Source of the DNA: Eledone cirrhosa
Taxonomy: Eukaryota
Assembly: GCA_964016885.1 (NCBI GenBank)
Contig: OZ024745.1
Span: forward strand, 116,064,001 to 116,128,000
Reading direction: 5' to 3'
Length of the DNA stretch: 64,000 nt
Shown here: piece by piece, positions 57,361 through 64,000 of the stretch
How the letters are laid out: every line of letters starts with the position of its first letter
Position numbering within the stretch: position 1 is the first letter of the stretch
Notes under the pieces: model-generated
Told to the model about the DNA's origin: nothing
The model's input: the letters and a program-made list of their open reading frames with translations, nothing else
Databases searched by the model: none
Position numbers and translations under genes: made by a program

Positions 57361-58673
57361 ATGGACAATAGAAAAGATACGCTCGCTTCGTCTGCCACCA
57401 CGAGTCAAAATGGGAGCGTTTAAGTGAATGGAAACAATTCAACTACTGTCGCTATGGCAACAACTAGTAGTGACCGAGAAAAATCTTCTGAAAAAAGTAT
57501 AGAAACACAAACGACACAAAAAACTACTGAACAAAGGAAAAACACAACTTCACAAATGAACTCCACAACCACAAATCAAGCAATTGAGAACAACAACAAC
57601 AACAATAACAGCAACCATAAATAATCTTTTGAAACAGTAAGCAAACAAAGTTTAGTAAGCATAGACATTTCTAATGCGAAGGAGATGATATATGAGGAAA
57701 AAAAATATGTTACTTTCGAAGAAAAAGTAGGATTTAAAATGACCTCTACGCTACATATTAGAGCTGACACAATGCGAAGGACTGATTTTTCGTACGATTT
57801 CAAACACACTAAAAAAAACCGGCTTTCCTTAATCAAGGCGACATCAAAATCGTCTTGAAAGACGCAATGCCGGATATTCATTTCATACAAAGGGCTAGGC
57901 TATATGGAAGGATTTCGGTGCTCTTCAAAAGCGAGGCCCTTGCGCAAAAATACTCAGTGACCCCGGTCACCTCTGCCACACACACCTTTTTCCTTACATA
58001 CATGAGAAAAACGACACAAAGAATAAACATTACCAACATACCACCCAAAATTAACACCTGGCAGGGTTCTTGGAGGTGGATGAAGACACAATACTGTCGA
58101 TTCATAAATCCACAAGAAACAACTGGAATGACATAACCTTGGAAATTTTAGTCCAAATGAAACCAGACAGAATTTCCAAGATACCAGAAAGAGTGCCAGT
58201 GGACAATACCAATTACATCCACATTTTGGCAGAATGGTAAGAGGTCACATTGTTTTAAATGCTCAAGCACGTCGCATTTAAAGGCCTCCTCTCCCCTTTT
58301 ACGAAGACACACCAGCCCAAAAAGTACTTTTACCAACACCAACAACAAAACCACCACCACAACAATAACAACACACAAAACAAGCAAACACACAAAAAAC
58401 AACTGCTCAACCATAAACAACAGAAAAAACACAGACAATTCGCCTGAAAAAGACAGTTCCACCCTATCCCACTCCATCCAACACTACCACAACCACACAC
58501 ACAAACACACCATCACCACACACCATACCCCTCCCATACACCCCTGATGACGATTCATCATCAGACGAGGCTACTTCTCCATCCCCAAGCGAGGATGAAG
58601 GAGAGCTTCGGAAATCAAAAAAAAAAAAAAAGAGACTCAGCAAAGCCACAAACACACAAATCTCCAATTGCTA
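57361..58673 (+). pseudogene. Decayed gag-like ORF1 of a non-LTR retrotransposon (L1/Tx1-like)
   Basis: ATG at 57361, Thr/Asn-rich N-terminus, RINITNIPP, degenerate zinc knuckle GKRSHCFKCSSTSHLKASSP (about 58235-58295) and an acidic/Lys tail. Many stops and shifts, and no ORF2 follows. Confidence 0.6.
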
Positions 58674-59647
58674 AGCCATGAGTGCCGTCTTAACCGGGCT
58701 ATGGATAGGGAGAGGGGTAACAGTAAGAGCAGCGGTTGGAATGAGTGTAAGTTAGTGAATATGTTTATATGAATGGATAACAGGAAAGAGAATTAAAAAC
58801 GTTACTGATATCAATGGTAGTAATAACGATATATAACGTTTTGTTGTTGTTGTTGTTGTTGAAGCCATCATGTATTTTCTGTATTAGATTTGTGGGTATT
58901 GCTTCGGTGGAAATGTAGCAGTATGCAGCTAGGTTGTGATTTGAAGAAAATGAGAGTTAGTGTTTATCCTTCTAAGTTTCTTTCACTTGGTTTTCCCAGA
59001 TCATTTGCAGTTAAGTTGTAGGTTATAAATAAATTATCGTCTACAACAACTACTGTCACTGAAAAAGATGGCGAAAGTGAAACGCCATACGCACGTACAC
59101 ACACACACTCACGCACGCAAACGCACAAACTCATGCAGACTTGCGCACGCACGTGTGCACGTGCATACACATGTATAATAGATTTAACTCTTAGTGGAAC
59201 GCTGCACGAACACACACACACACACACACACACACGAGCACGCACACACACACACGCACACATGTTAATTAGTTATAGCTTTCCTTCCCCTCTTCCACTG
59301 TCATGTATCAAACACAGTGTATGTTGCTCTCTCTCTCTCTCTCTCTCTCCCGCTATCCCTCTCTTTTAGTCTGTCTGTTTCTTTCACTCTCACTCTTTCT
59401 CTTTATAACTCACTCACATTTCTCCCCTATATCGAAAAATGCTGTGACGAATGGGGAGATAGAGGATGAGGAGTAGAGATCCACTGCGTCACATCGCCTC
59501 TCCGTTTCTCTCCCCTCTCACTCCCTCATTATGTACAGACATTGGCCACTTCACTAATTCGATCCCTAAGACTAAATAATTTGAATTTTGTTTTGTTCAA
59601 AACACTCACAGGGCCATATGTATTACATGTGTAAAGTTTGAAAAAAA

Positions 59648-59926
59648 AAACGGTTGGGTACTTGTCGAGTTTTAGGGAAACAGATACACAGACGTTCTTT
59701 GTTTTATATATATAGATATTGACATATTTCCTTAATATTTGAACTAAATATTTTGAGGAGTTTTGAGATACAATAATAATAATAATAATAATTATTATTA
59801 TTATTATTGTATCTCAAAACTCCTCAAAATGTTTAGTTCAAATATTAAGGAAATATGTCAATATCTATATAACAAAGAATGTCTGTGTATCTGTTTCCCT
59901 AAAACTCGACAAGTACCCAACCGTTT
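59648..59926. repeat. Palindrome (arms about 135 bp) centred on (AAT)n/(ATT)n
   Basis: aaacggttgggtacttgtcgag...gagatacaataat and attattgtatctc...ctcgacaagtacccaaccgttt. Confidence 0.92.
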
Positions 59927-60371
59927 AATTATTATTATTATTATGCTGGAATTGGTGCTGGTGGTGGTGAAATTTCCGTTATCTGGCTGTCGTATTTAGT
60001 GTACACAGAGGAGGGGGTAGGGTGTGTATCTAGGTTGTGGTGGTGAAATTGCTGTTATTTGGCTAGGTAGTGAAATTGCTGTTATTTGGCTGTTCTATTT
60101 AGTGTAGATACAGGGGGTTTTCTTCCATTTATAACCATTTACTTTTTTGAATATAACATTTCTAATACAAAATTTAATATTTTAGCCCTATGCCAGGGTG
60201 TTATGGGTGTTCAATTCCTGAGAGTTAAGACTGGTTCCTTATGTCTCATTTGTACTAAGAATTGTTATATCACAATTGTTTTAAATATGTTAAAAATCAA
60301 AAACATACGGGAACGATTCCATAACACTCTATCCACCACATGCTTCTCTTCTCCTATTATTATTATTATCA

Positions 60372-63300
60372 TTTTTATTTTCTCTCATTATTGTTTCTGA
60401 GATATATGCCGAGAGTCTTGCTGACACCTAAGGAAAATAAATTCACAGTGTGCATTGGTAAGCAGTTAATACAGCACATTCATTATAATTAAAAGAAAAA
60501 AATTATTTTTTTATTTTTATTTTCTTTCATTATTGTTTCTGAGATATATGCCGAGTGTCTTCCTGATACCGAGGGCAAACAAATTCATAGTGTGATTATA
60601 GCACATTGATTATAATTTAAAAAAACAAACCAACAAACAGTATACATATATACACATATGCATATGCATATGTAAATACAAGGGGGCATATCAATTTTAC
60701 AGAGATAGTGCTCTTCTCAATACGTGTGCAGTATCAGTCAAAACAATTTTTTGCACCTTGTGCAGAGAGGGTAAACCAGGAATCATTCGCACATATTGTT
60801 CTGTTCCTTTCTTAATCATTCCCAGTCCTCCAATAATCACTGGTATTGTAACGGCCTTGAGGTGCCACATTTTCTCTATTTCAATAAGCAGATCTTTATA
60901 TTTTCGTAGCTTGTCAAATTCTTTTGCTGCGATATTGTGATCACATGGGATGCTGATATCTATCAATAAACAGACCTTGTTATGTTGATCTTTTACAATG
61001 ATGTCAGGTCTATTTGATTTTATGGTCCTGTCAGTATGCAGTAAAGTCCCAGAGAATTGTTACTTTTTCTCCGTCAGCTACAGCCTCAGGGTGATAATTG
61101 TACCACTTGTCTTCAGCTTTGATTTTGTAATGCCGACATATTACCCAGTGTAGATATTGGCCAACTCTGTCATGTCTATATTTGTATTCTACTGGTGCTA
61201 AAGCTTTCCATCCAGAGACTAAGTGATCCACTGTTTCAACCTCAGCATTGCAGAATCGGCACTTTGGGTTTATTCCGTTTCTCATTACATTGGCCTGGTA
61301 ATTACGAGTCAATAAGCTTTGATCTTGGGCAGCTAAGATGAAGCCTTCACTCTCCGCTTTTAGCCCTGAACTACGTAGCCCCTGATGGGTGTGCCTTTGG
61401 TCAACATCAGCTTGTTTGCTACGGGCCACATATTTGCTATGCAGAGATTTCTGCTCCCAATTTGTTGCTAATTGTCCTTGCCCTTTTGCTTTTGCCAGTG
61501 ATTTTATGTGCCTAGCAGCATCACTTGCAACAGTTTCTTTAGTCTGTCCAGCCTGGGTATCAAGCATGAGATCACTAGCATATTTTTTGCTCTCCTTCAA
61601 GATAGAATGAAACTTCTTACTTCTCTCATGCTTTTCAACAAGTTTCAGCATACAGTCTTTAGTTGCTTCAAGGCCAGGCCAATGATGGTGTTCTTGTAAG
61701 CAATTTCAAATTGGATCAGGCCACGGTCTCCTAGAGTTCTAGGAAGGTAAAGGCAATCCACATCTGCTTTTGGGTGGTGCATCCTATTACAGGTCAGTAG
61801 CTTACGGACTTTGGTGTCGATTCTTTTGATTTCACTCGTATTCAAATTCAACACACTGAAGCTATAAGTGACAACTGGGACTGCCAAGGAATGTATGGCT
61901 AGCACATTGTTACGATCTCAGAACTGCACGTACTCTCCTGTAACATTCTTTCCTTATCCTCTCTTTCATACTTGCATGCTGTATGCCAGGCCACTCATTA
62001 ATCCCTAAGTATTTATAGGTTTGTTCCTGCTCAAGTTCCTTTATGATTGTTTCAGCATCCAATTCAACTGAGTCTGAGTTGACAAGCTTCCCCTTCTTGA
62101 AAGTGGCTTTTGCACACTTGTCAAATCCAAACTCCATCCTGATGTCATCGCTAAACGTTTTTACTGTCCGCAAAAGGCCTTCCAGTTCGTCATTATATTT
62201 GCAATATAGCTTCAAATCATCCATATAAAATAGGTGGCTTATTTTTTTTTAGTCAATTCTATAACCGTACCCTGTTCTATTAAGTTCGGATGTAAGGGGT
62301 ATTAAAGCTATGCAGAAAAGCAAGGGTGAAAGTGAGTCACCCTGGAATATACTACAGTTGGTGTTTATATTCCCCAGTATCCCAGTGGAATGAGACAATT
62401 GGAGATTTGTGTTCCATTATGACATATTGTGTTTCAGGAAGTTTGTGATCACAGGTGAGATTTTGAAGATGTCCAGTGATTTCAGAATCCACGAGTGTGG
62501 TGTGCTGCCAAGGGCTTTTTTATAATCGACCCATGCAGAATTGAAATTTCTGTGTTTATTATGACAGTTTTCAAGGATCATCCCATTAATCAAAAGTTGA
62601 ACTTTGCAACCATATGAACCTCGTTGGGACCCTATTTGTTCAATGGGGAAAAGATTGTTCTCCTCCAAAAACATGTATGCTTTTTCCATGAGAATAGAGG
62701 TTAATAGTTTATAAGTGGTGGACAAGCAGGTTATGGGCCGATCGTTTTTTGGATCGTTGGTTTCGTTGTTCTTTGGTAGAAGGTAGGTAATGCCAGTTGC
62801 TATCCAATCAGGTGTATTTTTTGGATCTTGCATAGGCCCATTAAACAGCTTGTGAGTGCACGGGAGTGAGGAATGCCAGAATTTTGGCACCTTGTCTCTA
62901 CCAGGAGATTTCCATTTATGAGATTTATTGAGTGCTGTCCTTAAGTCCGCTATAGAGATGTCTTGCCACGCTTGTTCTTCTAAATTTGTGTAGGATTTTT
63001 CCAAGCGACTAATCGAATCTACATTAGGATTATATGCCTTCTCATCAGTCCAAATCTTACTCCAGAAGTTTTCAACTTCTTCTATGGACTTCAATAATTA
63101 TTTTTTTCTTCCCTACTTCTATATAAAATGACTTGGCATTGGATGAGAACAACTTATTTTGCCTGTAGAAGATGTTTCGCTTCTCGAATCTACGAATTCG
63201 TTGGGCTTTTACTTGGACTTTTTGTTTCAGAGATTTTTTAAAAAAACTATTGCTTCTCTAGAAGACAGTCCATATGTTCTCTTTAGCTTTCTTACCTTCT

Positions 63301-63900
63301 TGGATTTTATATCATTTCCAGCGGTTAACTCACTCAATAAAGATATTTCTCCTCTCATTACGTCAATCTCCTTTTCGATTCTACTCCTCCAAATTGGTTT
63401 ACCTCGAAGGTTCGACTTTTTTTGTTTTTTTTGTGGTAAACAACTTGTTTCAATTACTCTAGCAGATGCATAAATGATTTCATTTAACTCAGTAAGATCA
63501 GGTTCTAGTTCTAGTATGATTTCTTTTGTCACAGAATTACCAATCATTATGTGTTTTCTATTAAGGGCGGTGGATTGGCAGTATCAGTAGAGGGTTTGAC
63601 GCCATGCTTTCCAGCATAGTTACGTCCCTTTATGATCTGAGTTCAAATCCCGCCGAGGTTAACTTTGCCTTTCATCCTTACGGGGTCGATAAAATAAAGT
63701 ACCAGTAATGCACTGGGTAATTGCTGGCCTTGTGCCTAAAGTAGAAACAATTATGTGTTTTCTATTTTGGATTGTATTTGGGAGTTTTTGAAGTGGTTCT
63801 CTATCAATTTCCTTCATAGTCTCCCTGTGTTCTTCAGCAGATGTTTGGTTTTCAATTAGTGTTTCTAAGTCCCTCACCTGGCTATTTTCAGCGGGTTCAA
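60372..63900 (-). mobile_element. R4/Dong-type non-LTR retrotransposon (RT, CCHC and restriction-like endonuclease), frameshifted
   Basis: WKSPGRD, RPITCLST, WVDYKKA, IFQGDSLSPLLFC, HLFYMDDLKLY, YKYLG, CRFC..ETVDHLVSG..RHD, NRPDII, IDISIP..KYKDL. The 3' end abuts (TAA)n at about 60355-60370. Confidence 0.92.
63563..63749 (+). mobile_element. Family A SINE inserted in the R4/Dong LINE
   Basis: 17-bp TSD ATTATGTGTTTTCTATT at 63546-63562 and 63750-63766. Confidence 0.95.
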
Positions 63901-63922
63901 TTATTATTATTATTATAATTAT

Positions 63923-64000
63923 GGTGGATTGGCAGTATCGGTAGAGGGTCTGACGCCATGCTTTGCAGCAAAGAGTTACGGCCCTTTATGGTCTGAGTTC
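63923..64000 (+). mobile_element. Family A SINE, cut by the window end
   Basis: ggtggattggcagtatcggtagagggtc...ctgagttc. Confidence 0.9.

Noticed and set aside
60385-60400. Shared AGAAACAAT between the SINE A tail and the R4/Dong 3'UTR as evidence of partnership
   Set aside because: A 9-nt AT-rich match is too short to be meaningful.
60697-63877. LINE ORF pieces as functional CDSs
   Set aside because: They are fragments of one ORF broken by frameshifts, stops and a SINE insertion.

Overview
AT-rich, microsatellite-dense animal DNA with no recognisable intact host gene. Nearly all listed ORFs are (TA)n/(CA)n/(GA)n artefacts. The tRNA-derived SINEs resemble the octopus OK/OR families, so the source is probably an octopod cephalopod (inference). 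The window holds about 20 SINE copies, a decayed R4/Dong-type LINE (60.4-63.9 kb), two Penelope-like (PLE) ORF remnants, RTE, CRE, Helitron and L1/Tx1-like ORF1 fragments, and a mariner-type MITE. The most striking signal is a set of short non-coding units carrying type I hammerhead ribozyme motifs from at least six sequence families. Most sit inside (TA)n tracts and many form fold-back palindromes. They show unusual features: a U-U pair at the base of stem II, a CCGA core, an 86-nt stem II insert and palindromic stem III loops. Three families also share a covarying bulged hairpin downstream of the cleavage site. All structures were folded by eye and no activity is shown.
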